Origin: a virus
Strand: one strand, 5' to 3'
Length of the DNA stretch: 28,125 bases
IMG/VR virus record: IMGVR_UViG_650716055_000001
Span: 1 to 28,125 of that record
Made by a program: the position numbers and the translations under genes. The notes under the pieces are model-generated. The model made no database searches. It had not been told where the DNA came from and saw only the letters and a list, made by a program, of their open reading frames with translations. Shown piece after piece: positions 15,667-25,951 of the stretch; within the stretch, counting starts at the first letter, position 1; the number at the start of each line of letters is the position of its first letter.

Positions 15667-17850
15667 ATGGTAAATATGGAAATAATTATTTCAGCAGTCG
15701 ATAAGGCATCAGCTGTATTGGAAAAGGTTCAAAGGAAGATGGATGTAATTAAAAACAAAACAGCAAGAATAGCAGAAACATTTAACAGAGTAGGTAAAGG
15801 TTTAGCTGTTGCTGGTGCTGGAATGACTGCATTTGCCACTCCTTTTGTTGCAGGAATGGCATCAGCAATAAATAAAGGAATAGAATTTGAACAGCAAATG
15901 AAAACAGTTCAGGCAGTTATGGGGGCATCACAGCAAGACTTTACAAAACTATCACAACTTGCGATGCATTATGGTGCAACAACAGCCTATACTGCATCAG
16001 AAGTAGCAGAAGCCATGAGGAATATGGCAGCAGCAGGAATGAAAACAAAACAGATATACGCATCGCTCGGTAGTGTTTTAACTCTTGCAACGGCAACACA
16101 GTCTGATTTAAACCTATCATCTGAAATTATTATTTCAACACTTGCACAGTTCAATATGAAGGCATCTCAAAGTGCGAGGATAATTGATGTATTTTCACAG
16201 GCTGTTGCTAATTCCCCTGCAAGACTTGGTGATTTACAATATTCTTTAAAATATGTCGGAGCTCTGGCTAATTCAATGGGATATTCATTAGAGCAAACAA
16301 CTGCTGCATTAATGATGCTATATAAAGCTGGAAAAAAAGGAGAAGAAGCAGGGACTGCATTAAGGGAAGTATTGTCACGCTTAGTTAATACGGGGGTGCA
16401 AAATAAATTAAAAGCATTAGGTATTAATGTCCTCGATTCAAATGGAAAATTAAAAGGCATGGGGACTATATTAGATGAAATAAAAAAGAAAGGACTATCT
16501 TCGGCACAAATATTATCGATATTTGGAACGGAAGCAGGGACTGCAATAAATATTATGCTAACACAGGGGGGAGATGCCTATAAAAAATATGTAAAAGTAT
16601 TGGATGATTCAAAAGGAAAAGCAGAAAAGACAGCAGATGAAATGAAAAACACAGTTCAATATAAAATACAGGCATTAAAATCAGCAATTGAAGGGATAAA
16701 ACTATCTATTTTTAAGGACAATAAAGGACAGATTAAAAAGTTTTTAGATGAGCTCATTAAAGCCATGCCTGCTATAAAAAAGTTTGTTGTCTCTATTTCA
16801 AAAGGGATGGCTACCGTTGGGAAAGTGATAGTTAAAGCCATTCTTCCATTGTTAAAAATATTTAACAATCTTCCTGCACCAGTTAAAAAAGCCATTGGAA
16901 TTTTTGTTGGATTGGTAGCTGCAATAGCTGCAATAGTTGGCCCTATTCTGTTGGTGGTTGGCGGGTTTGCAATGGCTATCTCTTCAATCAGTGAAGTAGT
17001 TGGTGCAATAGGTGGATTAAGTGCAGCAATTGGTGCAGTTTCAGGGGTAATATCATCGGTAATTACCGTAATAGGGGGCATTGTGTTAGCAATAAATCCT
17101 GTTATTCTGATAATCCTTGCAGTTGCTGTTGCAGTGGCAGCTTTATATTTAGCGTGGAAAAATAACTGGTTTGGGATTAGGGATACAATAAATGCAGTTG
17201 TTAAAAAAATAAAGGGGATATTAAGTAAATTAGCAGGAGCTTTAAAATGGGTAATTACTGAGATTAAAAAGCATACAAAGGATATTAAAAAAGCATTATT
17301 TACCGCATTGCTCGGACCATTTGCACCACTCAAAACAGCATGGGATAACAATCTCTTTGGAATTAGAGATAAGTTAAAAAAAGTATTTAATGAGATGATT
17401 AGTTACTTAAAATCATTACCTCGTAGATTTTATCAGGCTGGTGTAGGGATGATTAATTCACTTAAAAATGGAATTGAAAGCAAAATAAATGAAATTAAGC
17501 AAAAAATATTGGATTTACTTCATTGGATTGATAACCACCTACCCCACAGCCCTGCAAAAGAGGGACCGTTAAGCAGATTGGATAAAGTAGGTCCTGGTTT
17601 TATAGATACAATTGCAGAAGGGATAAATAAACATAAATCTAAAATCCAAAATGTAGTTGGGGGCATAACTACCACTATGGCAATTAATACACGATTAGGC
17701 AGAGCTCCTACAACGAGCAATGTACTCAACTATGGTGGAGACACGCAAACCAACTATAATGTGGCAATTAATGTTGTTGGTAAATCTTATGATGAGCAAC
17801 AATTAGCTAATCATTTGAATAAATTATTAAAAAAACAAATTTATAGGTGA
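15667..17850 (+). CDS. Tail tape measure protein (TP901/PhageMin_Tail-like)
   Basis: FEQQMKTVQAV...YTASEVAEAM...GEEAGTALR motifs; A/G-rich hydrophobic middle; W-spaced repeats; PHSPAKEGPL near the C-terminus. Confidence 0.95.
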   Translation: MVNMEIIISAVDKASAVLEKVQRKMDVIKNKTARIAETFNRVGKGLAVAGAGMTAFATPFVAGMASAINKGIEFEQQMKTVQAVMGASQQDFTKLSQLAMHYGATTAYTASEVAEAMRNMAAAGMKTKQIYASLGSVLTLATATQSDLNLSSEIIISTLAQFNMKASQSARIIDVFSQAVANSPARLGDLQYSLKYVGALANSMGYSLEQTTAALMMLYKAGKKGEEAGTALREVLSRLVNTGVQNKLKALGINVLDSNGKLKGMGTILDEIKKKGLSSAQILSIFGTEAGTAINIMLTQGGDAYKKYVKVLDDSKGKAEKTADEMKNTVQYKIQALKSAIEGIKLSIFKDNKGQIKKFLDELIKAMPAIKKFVVSISKGMATVGKVIVKAILPLLKIFNNLPAPVKKAIGIFVGLVAAIAAIVGPILLVVGGFAMAISSISEVVGAIGGLSAAIGAVSGVISSVITVIGGIVLAINPVILIILAVAVAVAALYLAWKNNWFGIRDTINAVVKKIKGILSKLAGALKWVITEIKKHTKDIKKALFTALLGPFAPLKTAWDNNLFGIRDKLKKVFNEMISYLKSLPRRFYQAGVGMINSLKNGIESKINEIKQKILDLLHWIDNHLPHSPAKEGPLSRLDKVGPGFIDTIAEGINKHKSKIQNVVGGITTTMAINTRLGRAPTTSNVLNYGGDTQTNYNVAINVVGKSYDEQQLANHLNKLLKKQIYR

Positions 17851-17855
17851 TTGAA

Positions 17856-18419
17856 ATGCCAGCGGGTGGACCAACAAATGATACAATTCCCAATACAAAT
17901 AAAATATATATAACATCTCCAATTATAGCCAAAGTTGTATCGGTCGATTCAACACTAACAGTTACAAAAGACGGTGATGGTAATATAATCGATGCTTATA
18001 TTGAAGCCCCGACCAATGGACCAAATTCTTGTTCAATAGTTAGTCCGATGATATATAATAAAAGCGATTGTACAGAATGTAATTTAAATAAGATTGAATG
18101 GGATCCAATGAATGGATTTAAAGTTCATATTTATTCAGATGATGCAAATGAAACAGATACTTTCAATTTGTCATTTATAAAAGTTGTCCCAAAAACTATG
18201 GAAAGAATAAATAATATAATATGTGATAATACAACACCAGAATATACTTCGGATGAACCACCATATAAAAATTATAATATTTTGACAGTTAATGATAATG
18301 CCCCAGAAAACTTTGATGTTGTAATTGTATATGATAGTTATAGAAGAGAAATATTGAAAATCAATAAAAATGCCCTATATGATGAAATACAAATGGGCAG
18401 TGGTGGTGGAACAGAATAA
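17856..18419 (+). CDS. Putative tail/baseplate structural protein
   Basis: Directly after TMP; AGGTGA SD before ATG 17856; beta-rich; no family recognised. Confidence 0.6.
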   Translation: MPAGGPTNDTIPNTNKIYITSPIIAKVVSVDSTLTVTKDGDGNIIDAYIEAPTNGPNSCSIVSPMIYNKSDCTECNLNKIEWDPMNGFKVHIYSDDANETDTFNLSFIKVVPKTMERINNIICDNTTPEYTSDEPPYKNYNILTVNDNAPENFDVVIVYDSYRREILKINKNALYDEIQMGSGGGTE

Positions 18420-18454
18420 TAAAAATCTTTCTTCTATTTTTTTGGTGATTTAAT

Positions 18455-19261
18455 ATGGGCAATTTACACAATTATTCAACCGATAATGATAATAGTAATA
18501 TTTCAAACTATAATAATAATAATACTAAAAATTATGATAGTGATTACTCTCTTTTGAATAGCGAAGAAGGTTTAGATATAAATAATCCTAAAAATCCACA
18601 ACAATCTGGTTCATCGATAAAATCAACTAAAATGTGTTATGATTCATCTACACAAAATGTAATATGTGAAATAACATTAACAGATGGAACTATAATAACA
18701 AAAAAATATAATATTGCAGTTTTATTACAAAGTAAATATAATAATGGATATACAAAAGGTAAAGTTGATGGTATAAATAGTGTTGATTTCAAAACTATAA
18801 CAGCGACTGTAAATAATACAAACATAATAACTAATATTACATTAACAAACAATAAAAGTAAAATAAACTCATATATATTATCAGATAATGATGTAATAAA
18901 ACTTTATAATAATTTACATCCAGTAAATAGTGGTTTGTGGATAAAAATTGACGATAAAGAATATATTTTTCCAATAATTGATAGAAATAAGCAGCCAGAT
19001 ATAAACGCAGCGTATCAACCAGCAATAGATGGCAGCTCACAATATGAAGTTTTAGGAAAACCGCAAAAGAAATGGACATTTGATTTATATGTAGATTCAA
19101 TTGAAAAATTACAATTTTTAGAACAATTAGAAATAAATCCAGTATGTGAAGTAAAATTCGATGAAATAGAAACTTATAAACAAACATTAATACAAAATTT
19201 ATCATATTCCAGAATTACATCTTTCAATTATAATGTTTCTATCGATTTGGTGATATTATGA
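18455..19261 (+). CDS. Putative distal-tail (Dit-like) protein with Asn-rich N-terminus
   Basis: C-terminal DGSSQYEVLGKPQKKWTFDL resembles distal tail motifs; position in the tail module. Confidence 0.5.
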   Translation: MGNLHNYSTDNDNSNISNYNNNNTKNYDSDYSLLNSEEGLDINNPKNPQQSGSSIKSTKMCYDSSTQNVICEITLTDGTIITKKYNIAVLLQSKYNNGYTKGKVDGINSVDFKTITATVNNTNIITNITLTNNKSKINSYILSDNDVIKLYNNLHPVNSGLWIKIDDKEYIFPIIDRNKQPDINAAYQPAIDGSSQYEVLGKPQKKWTFDLYVDSIEKLQFLEQLEINPVCEVKFDEIETYKQTLIQNLSYSRITSFNYNVSIDLVIL

Positions 19262-20697
19262 CGGTTGATTATGAAACTTATCAAACAATTATAAGAACAG
19301 TAAAAAAAATGATGGAAAATTTGGGAAATATTCCTAATAATTTCAAATTCCTATCAGATGGTTCGTTTCAATTGGTTAATGAAGCAACCGTTTGGGATGA
19401 TATGACAAGCCAAAATATTGTTGGACATAATACAATTAATTATGTTTTAGAAGCAACAGAATTTGAACAACCAATACCATATACAGTATTTGATAATAAT
19501 GTTTGGTTAAAATGTTCTATACCAGCAAATAAATCTATTACTGTTACATTTACACCAGATAGCAATAAACAACCGGTTAATCCAGATAATATATTTGAAT
19601 TTTTTGATGATTTTGATGGAAATTCATTAGATACAAATAAATGGACAGGAAGTGCATCAATAAATAATGGAACAATAACTGGTAATAATTGGGATATTCA
19701 TTCTAAGAAATCATTTACTTTACCAATAATTATAGAAACAAAAGTTAAATATATATCTTCAACGAGTGATACATCACATTGGTTTGGTATTTATCAAGGA
19801 AACTCATTTGGAAATAATCTATGTTATTGGAGATTTGATTCTTCAGTTGAAATATACTCTCCTAACGAAAAAATAGAAACAATAAATCATAATGATGGGT
19901 ATGATTATTTTGTAGCATATTATACTCCAAATAAAGTAGGTGTAAGTGCTAATGGACATTATGGTCAGAGTGCTTCTAAAAAAGGTTTAAATAACCAATC
20001 TATAACTTTAAAATCATATAGTGGATGTAAAGTATCTGTCGATTGGGTTTTTGTTAGAAAATACGCAGACGAAGAACCAACAATTAATGTATTACAAAAT
20101 TCAGATGGTTCTTATACTGTAACAATATCAAATCCAAATAATTATAATTTAGAAGATTATCAAGTAAAAATATCTGGTTTGGATCTAACAAAAACATATA
20201 ATGTAACCGTTAAAACAACAACTCCAACATTAGTTTGTGACGCTATGCCAAATGATAAAGAAAGTTACTTAACATTCTATACGATGTTTTCACATCAAGT
20301 AAAAGTCAACGGCATAGCTCACTTTTATGTTCGTACTTATATTCCACCAGACGCACCTGAAGGTGATGTTGTTCTAAAATTAGAATGGCAAACACATCCC
20401 ATTGAAGCAATAATCGAAAGTGATACGGGTAATATTATAAACCTTTCAACTTATAATACAATAACTAAATCTGTAAAAAAACAGTTTCATATTACATCAG
20501 ATATGCACGGTAAAAATATTGTCCTATGTTTCTGTACAATTGATACAATTAAGAATTTCGACCAAACAGTATTTTCAAACCTCACTAGATTAACGGATGA
20601 TGCAAATGATACTTTCAACTCAGCTTTACCAATATTATACGCAAGTTGGTGTGCAGAAGTTGATACATTAGGCAGTAGAACACCATCTGAAAAATAA
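19258..20697 (+). CDS. DUF2341 / ConA-like lectin domain tail adhesin (candidate receptor-binding protein)
   Basis: VWLKCSIPANKS, NPDNIFEFFDDFDGNSLDTNKW, VDWVFVRKYADEEPT, ISNPNNYNLEDYQVKI. Confidence 0.75.
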   Translation: MTVDYETYQTIIRTVKKMMENLGNIPNNFKFLSDGSFQLVNEATVWDDMTSQNIVGHNTINYVLEATEFEQPIPYTVFDNNVWLKCSIPANKSITVTFTPDSNKQPVNPDNIFEFFDDFDGNSLDTNKWTGSASINNGTITGNNWDIHSKKSFTLPIIIETKVKYISSTSDTSHWFGIYQGNSFGNNLCYWRFDSSVEIYSPNEKIETINHNDGYDYFVAYYTPNKVGVSANGHYGQSASKKGLNNQSITLKSYSGCKVSVDWVFVRKYADEEPTINVLQNSDGSYTVTISNPNNYNLEDYQVKISGLDLTKTYNVTVKTTTPTLVCDAMPNDKESYLTFYTMFSHQVKVNGIAHFYVRTYIPPDAPEGDVVLKLEWQTHPIEAIIESDTGNIINLSTYNTITKSVKKQFHITSDMHGKNIVLCFCTIDTIKNFDQTVFSNLTRLTDDANDTFNSALPILYASWCAEVDTLGSRTPSEK

Positions 20698-20724
20698 ATT
20701 TTATATTTTATTAAAAACACAATA

Positions 20725-21234
20725 GTGATGTTTATGAAAGATATAATTATTGATGCAAAAACATCTATTGATTTAGATATGAATATAAATGCTATTGACC
20801 AAGCAAATATAAATTCATTAATTTATTTAGATATAAAACCGTTTGATAAAGTAAATATTATATATTCAAATAATAAAATATTTAGTGGCATAGTTACGGA
20901 TACTGAATTAAATATAGCTTTTGGACAAAAGAATTACAGTTATACAGTCAATTCCCCATTATTTTTATTGAAAAAGACTAAAATAGAAAATAGTTATACT
21001 ACTTTTTTACAATTGTTTCTAAAACAATGCTGCGATATGTGTAATTTATATTTAGATTATAGATTAGATAAAAATCCAATAATGGCAGTTGAAAAAATAG
21101 ATTATTTTAGTATGTTGAAAAAAAGTGTAATTTACACAAAAAACTATAATACCAGATTTTATATTGATTATGAGAACAATAAGTTAGTATTTACAGATAA
21201 AACGGATGGATTTTATAATAAAATAAAAAAGTAA
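20725..21234 (+). CDS. Baseplate hub/tail-tip-like protein; probably extends to 21287 via a frameshift at A6 21225-21230
   Basis: KIFSGIV...FYIDYENNKLVF hub-like pattern; the -1 frame continues VINYSYEYDTTIVNQIKY to a stop 11 nt before the next start. Confidence 0.6.
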   Translation: MMFMKDIIIDAKTSIDLDMNINAIDQANINSLIYLDIKPFDKVNIIYSNNKIFSGIVTDTELNIAFGQKNYSYTVNSPLFLLKKTKIENSYTTFLQLFLKQCCDMCNLYLDYRLDKNPIMAVEKIDYFSMLKKSVIYTKNYNTRFYIDYENNKLVFTDKTDGFYNKIKK

Positions 21235-21298
21235 TAAATTATAGTTATGAATATGATACAACAATTGTAAATCAAATAAAATATTAATTGGTGGTTTT

Positions 21299-23446
21299 AT
21301 GGGAAATACACCCTTAACTTATGATGAAATTATAGCAAAAGTAAAACGAACTTGGACTGTTAAATTTTGGTTTGATGTTGTTGCGTATGGGAGTGAGCAT
21401 TATTCAACAAGTATAATGAATGATTCAACTTACAAAATTTTTAGATATAATCTTATTACAAATCATTATGATGGCGAGATGGGTTGGGGCGTGATTGCTC
21501 ATCAAACTGTTGAATATGATGATGTTGTTGAATGGAAGAATGATACAACAGTTGTTCAATTACAATATCATAATTCTGACTCATATATGGCGGAAATAGT
21601 AATAGATTTATGTTATGAAATAAAATCAAATGATGGAAAATATACAAAATCTGGAAGGGTTAGATGGTATGATTATTATAATGGCACTCATCTAAACTAT
21701 TATAATATTACATCAGATGGAGCCTCACCAAATGAAAATTTACCAGAGTTTTCGATAAATAAAAATGTTAATTTAAATTCTTTTTCTGAAAATGATAATG
21801 GAACAGCAACAATTACTAATAATAGTGACGGAACATATTATGTAAATGGACTAATAATGACTGATGTTTTCAAAAAAGTATCTATTGAAAATAAAGAAGA
21901 AAATGTATCAAAATCATTTTCATTTACAATAGAAAAAGATGGAAAAAATATAAAATCATACAATCAAAATGGAAATATAACAGATATTATAAATAAAGAT
22001 ATTGGTGATGGTTGGTGGATAAGTTCTGATTCGACAGCAGAAATAACGGAAGATAATGATACACAATGTGATATTGTCTCTTCATCTTTTATTGGATATT
22101 CAGTTCAGCCGGGGGATTATAAAATTACATTTACTAATAAAATAGGCGTTGGGACAATAATTCAAACATTTACATTTACTATAAAAGAAGGGATGAAAGA
22201 AAATATAAATATAAAAATTAGTGGAGATTTAGCCATAAAGCCGGTGTGTAAATGTTATTTAAATAGCGTTGATTCAAAAAAAATAACATATAATTATTCA
22301 GTTTCGAACGTAAAGTTCAATGCATTTCCAAATGATTCAAATACCCAATTAACAAATATATTTTATGAGAATTTACGAGATAACACAAAATGGTATTTAC
22401 GATTATTTGATAAAGATGATAATAAATTAACAGAAAAAGATATTACAAAACAAAATGTTGGAACAATAGATTATACATTTAATTTATCGAAAAATACTGT
22501 ATTTGATGGTAAATGGGAATTAATTGCAAAATATAACAAAAAAGAATATAAATTAGACGAACAACAAATAAAAGTAATAAGACAAAAATACTGCAACACC
22601 ATAAAAATAGATATAAAAATGTATGATGAAGCTGGGACTGAAATTGATAAAATACCACAGCCTACTTCGGCTGGATATAACAAAAATTTACATAGTAATA
22701 TAAATATAAAAATAAATATTACAGATGAACAAGGTAAATATATCGATATCCCAGATGGTAAAATAAAAACAAACTGGCAACAAACATTAACAAAAGATGA
22801 TATCGGTAAATACAGCTTTATAATACCAAATACTGATGATAACGCATTGGGTTTAGGAAGCTATGGAATAACTGTTTATGTAGATAGAGATTGGTGCGAA
22901 ACAAACGGCTATTATAATAGTCATAACATTGAAGCAAATAATGTTATGATAAATTCAAACAAAATAGAAAAAATAATGTTTGTGGGAGCTCAGGTTGTAA
23001 ATTATGAAAATGGGATAACAAATTTGGATAAAGAATATGATAAAATATCTGGCATATTTATAAATCCACAATTAGAGTTCGATGTTGTTCAATCGACTCA
23101 AACCAATAATCCACTAAATCAATATACTTTTTGTTATACTCCATTTATAGCATCACAAACACTAAATCTTCCAACATATACTGATGAAGAAAAGAAAGAA
23201 TTAATAAAAGCCATTATGAGAGATTTAGGAAATGTTAGGAAAATAGAAACATTCCAAATTATGACAAAACCAGATAAATTACCGAAAATAAATCAAAATA
23301 TTACATTAGATACTTGTATTGATAATCAGTTAAGAACTATCCCCATATATTCAATTAATATATCAATATCAAACAGGAAACTATCTGTAAAAATATCTAA
23401 TGAAGAAAAAAAGCTAATGAAAGATTATTTAAGCATGCTAAAATAA
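21299..23446 (+). CDS. Large tail-tip/host-interaction protein with multiple beta-sandwich domains
   Basis: 715 aa, N/T/Y-rich, last gene of the tail operon; GGTGG SD. Confidence 0.65.
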   Translation: MGNTPLTYDEIIAKVKRTWTVKFWFDVVAYGSEHYSTSIMNDSTYKIFRYNLITNHYDGEMGWGVIAHQTVEYDDVVEWKNDTTVVQLQYHNSDSYMAEIVIDLCYEIKSNDGKYTKSGRVRWYDYYNGTHLNYYNITSDGASPNENLPEFSINKNVNLNSFSENDNGTATITNNSDGTYYVNGLIMTDVFKKVSIENKEENVSKSFSFTIEKDGKNIKSYNQNGNITDIINKDIGDGWWISSDSTAEITEDNDTQCDIVSSSFIGYSVQPGDYKITFTNKIGVGTIIQTFTFTIKEGMKENINIKISGDLAIKPVCKCYLNSVDSKKITYNYSVSNVKFNAFPNDSNTQLTNIFYENLRDNTKWYLRLFDKDDNKLTEKDITKQNVGTIDYTFNLSKNTVFDGKWELIAKYNKKEYKLDEQQIKVIRQKYCNTIKIDIKMYDEAGTEIDKIPQPTSAGYNKNLHSNINIKINITDEQGKYIDIPDGKIKTNWQQTLTKDDIGKYSFIIPNTDDNALGLGSYGITVYVDRDWCETNGYYNSHNIEANNVMINSNKIEKIMFVGAQVVNYENGITNLDKEYDKISGIFINPQLEFDVVQSTQTNNPLNQYTFCYTPFIASQTLNLPTYTDEEKKELIKAIMRDLGNVRKIETFQIMTKPDKLPKINQNITLDTCIDNQLRTIPIYSINISISNRKLSVKISNEEKKLMKDYLSMLK

Positions 23447-23447
23447 A

Positions 23448-23903
23448 CTATTTTAAGCTATCTTCTATTGCATTTTTAATAATCTCCTCTACTTCCTTTT
23501 GTTTTCTTTTTAGTGCGGGTTCAAAAAATGGTCTAGCAGGCATTTTACTCGTTCCTTTTTCTACATATATTGCATAAGGTCTATCAGTTGTAATTATGCC
23601 CGTTAATCCTCCACTTCGGAACTTAACAGATATAGAATCTTGAAGTTTTTTCTTATCTTGTTTTGGACTGAATAAACCATTGTGAGGTAAAAGTCCTTTT
23701 TTCTCCAACTGTTTTTCGTATGATTTAGATATAGGTTTCCATCCTAAATCCGCCTTTTCATATCCTGTCATAATATTTTCTTTTACCTCTTCCTTAACCA
23801 TTAATGTTGCAGTCTTGACGGCATCTTGCAGATTTTTAAACATCTCATCCTTCATAGTTAGTATATTTTTATCTATCTTAACATCTATTTTGAAATCCCC
23901 CAT
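23448..23903 (-). CDS. HK97 gp10-like tail-completion/neck protein
   Basis: YAIYVEKGTSKMPARPFFEPAL signature. Confidence 0.9.
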   Translation of the reverse strand: MGDFKIDVKIDKNILTMKDEMFKNLQDAVKTATLMVKEEVKENIMTGYEKADLGWKPISKSYEKQLEKKGLLPHNGLFSPKQDKKKLQDSISVKFRSGGLTGIITTDRPYAIYVEKGTSKMPARPFFEPALKRKQKEVEEIIKNAIEDSLK

Positions 23904-23907
23904 AATA

Positions 23908-25947
23908 TCACTTAATAGGTTCTATGCGATATACTGGCGTACATCTACATCTCGGATGTATTGGCGGGATGATAGGGGCTTCATTAATTTCCCATTCTTT
24001 ATTGGCATATCCTTTACATATTGGACATACTTTACTATCTCCCCTCGTTATGATTTTAACATATACCTTATATTTCCCTTTGTGCTTTTTTGCAAATTCT
24101 TTATAATATTCATTTTCAGACCATGTTTTAGCCCTCCTTAATTCTGTTTCCACAATCCTTTGAGCATCTGCTTTTGTAGTTTTCAATGTATCCATTATTC
24201 TTTGTGTAATATTTGTATCCCCCACAGTATTGAGCTCTGAAACAATGATATATTTAAGTCTATTTTTCTGGTTTTCAGTTAGTTTAGTGCATAAATCCAA
24301 TGCGTAGTTTTTTACAAACTTCACAGCATCGCTATTTACATCTATTTGTAATCCCGTTCCTGCTACCACCGTATCTATTGCGGTGTTAATTTCTCCTTTT
24401 AGATTATTATCTATATCTTTGAAGTGCTCATCCAACATATTATTTAGTTCTATATAATTATCAACAGTAATTGATTTGTTCTTTTTCAAAAACTCTTTAA
24501 CATCATCATCAAATGCTATTGTTGCATTTTCAATATTATTCATTATTTTATTAGTGAGCTCCTCAACAATGACATTATCGGTGTCATCAGTTGGTATGTC
24601 TGAGTGCTGTGCTGGTTTTGTTGTTGTGGATTTATCGAATTCAATGTTTAAACCAAATTCTTTCATAACTTCAATTATTACATTCTCTTTAACTCCACAA
24701 TTTTTTAACTTTCCAATAATATCTGCCTGTTTATCCAATCTTTCTACTTTCTGATTTGTATCTTCAGGGTTTATATCTGCAAATTTTATCTTTACTCCAT
24801 TTCCGAACTTTCTGAATAATATAAAATTAATAAGTGCCGTAAAATCAGTTTGCATTCCTCGATATACTGCATTAAGATAATCTGCCACTGTTCGTGATGT
24901 TGCTAATTCCGAACCTCTCGCATCTATGAGTGCCATGCTCGATAACAGTGCATATGTTATTTGTTTGTCCAAAATAGAAATTGATGTTTCATATATCTGT
25001 GGATTAATAGCCTTACCTGCTTCAATCGTTTTAAGTTCAAGGAATGGGTCTGTAAATAATTCCTTCCTCTCATCCCAATTCTCAAACTCTTCCGATAACT
25101 GCTCTAATTGTTTTTTAAAATTATCATAAGCTTTCTTAGCAACCTCATCATTGGGGTCTGCTGGTGGAGTTGGAAACATTGGATTTCCATCTTTATCAAA
25201 CTTTCCAACTATGCCATGGATGAACGGTGCGGAATATCTCATAATTGTAGTGGGCATCCTCCTAATTATGTCCCACTTTGCCAAAACATATTCAATACAT
25301 TTATCTATTACCGAGCCACCGTTCCTTTTGAACCATATTATATTTTCTGCCTTTCCAACTTCTGCACCGTTGGTTTTGATTTTATTTCGAAGCTCCGAGG
25401 GTACGAAGTATATCGTTTTAGATTTAGCATTCCCTTGCAGGTCTTCATAGTTAGCCGTTTGGATAAAATAAACTTCTCTATCGTCGAAAGGGCTTTTTTT
25501 AACCTCCATTGTTGTTGGGTCTATTCTCTGGATATACTCGACTTCACCGTTCTTATACCTTATTTGTGCGAAACATTCCCCATATATTAAATAATCAATA
25601 AATATCTTTTCCAATATGCTGTCTCCGTGTAGATTTGTGTTAATTAACCCTATCTCATTAATCCAATTTTGCACCTTTTCTTTAAGTGTATCATTGTCAG
25701 CAATTATTTCATAGCTCTGGAATAGTTTATTTTTCAATGTTGTTATTGTGAGATTAACCGTAGCATCGTATTTATATATCATTTCTTTGAATGCAGGGTC
25801 TTCTAATAATTGAGCGTATTTGGTGGAGCCTATGGTTGTAGGTCTTTTGTAGTTTGATAAGTGCTGTATAACAATATCATCGTCTTTCGTATTTTCAGTA
25901 ATGGCATTATTATCTTTTGAATGTCCCCAAACTGCTGTAAAGAACAT
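23908..25947 (-). CDS. Portal protein fused to a C-terminal MuF (SPP1 gp7-like) head morphogenesis domain
   Basis: Portal-like DYLIYGECFAQI...IQRIDPTTM; C-terminal RAQRIVETE...GDSKVCPIC...PPIHPRCRC-type MuF signature. Confidence 0.88.
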   Translation of the reverse strand: MFFTAVWGHSKDNNAITENTKDDDIVIQHLSNYKRPTTIGSTKYAQLLEDPAFKEMIYKYDATVNLTITTLKNKLFQSYEIIADNDTLKEKVQNWINEIGLINTNLHGDSILEKIFIDYLIYGECFAQIRYKNGEVEYIQRIDPTTMEVKKSPFDDREVYFIQTANYEDLQGNAKSKTIYFVPSELRNKIKTNGAEVGKAENIIWFKRNGGSVIDKCIEYVLAKWDIIRRMPTTIMRYSAPFIHGIVGKFDKDGNPMFPTPPADPNDEVAKKAYDNFKKQLEQLSEEFENWDERKELFTDPFLELKTIEAGKAINPQIYETSISILDKQITYALLSSMALIDARGSELATSRTVADYLNAVYRGMQTDFTALINFILFRKFGNGVKIKFADINPEDTNQKVERLDKQADIIGKLKNCGVKENVIIEVMKEFGLNIEFDKSTTTKPAQHSDIPTDDTDNVIVEELTNKIMNNIENATIAFDDDVKEFLKKNKSITVDNYIELNNMLDEHFKDIDNNLKGEINTAIDTVVAGTGLQIDVNSDAVKFVKNYALDLCTKLTENQKNRLKYIIVSELNTVGDTNITQRIMDTLKTTKADAQRIVETELRRAKTWSENEYYKEFAKKHKGKYKVYVKIITRGDSKVCPICKGYANKEWEINEAPIIPPIHPRCRCTPVYRIEPIK

Positions 25948-25951
25948 ATAA

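Noticed and set aside
17533-17571. His-Ser in TMP (PHSPAKEGPL), and single HS pairs in terL, MCM and Int, as protease sites
   Set aside because: PHSP..GPL is a general TMP motif and the others match background frequency; HSLRH in Int is catalytic
8064-17729. Minus-strand ORFs across the early, head and tail genes (e.g. 12478-12963, 16656-17351)
   Set aside because: Antisense shadows of well-supported plus-strand genes
18508-18525. (AAT)n Asn run as a contingency repeat
   Set aside because: In-frame trinucleotide low complexity; no phase-variation potential
18455-23446. Diversity-generating retroelement or invertible tail-fibre cassette
   Set aside because: No reverse transcriptase, no template/variable repeat pair and no invertase seen
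18637-25590. Short alternative-frame or antisense ORFs in the tail and portal genes (e.g. 18837-19205, 23815-24141, 25108-25590)
   Set aside because: Fully overlap stronger genes and lack SD support
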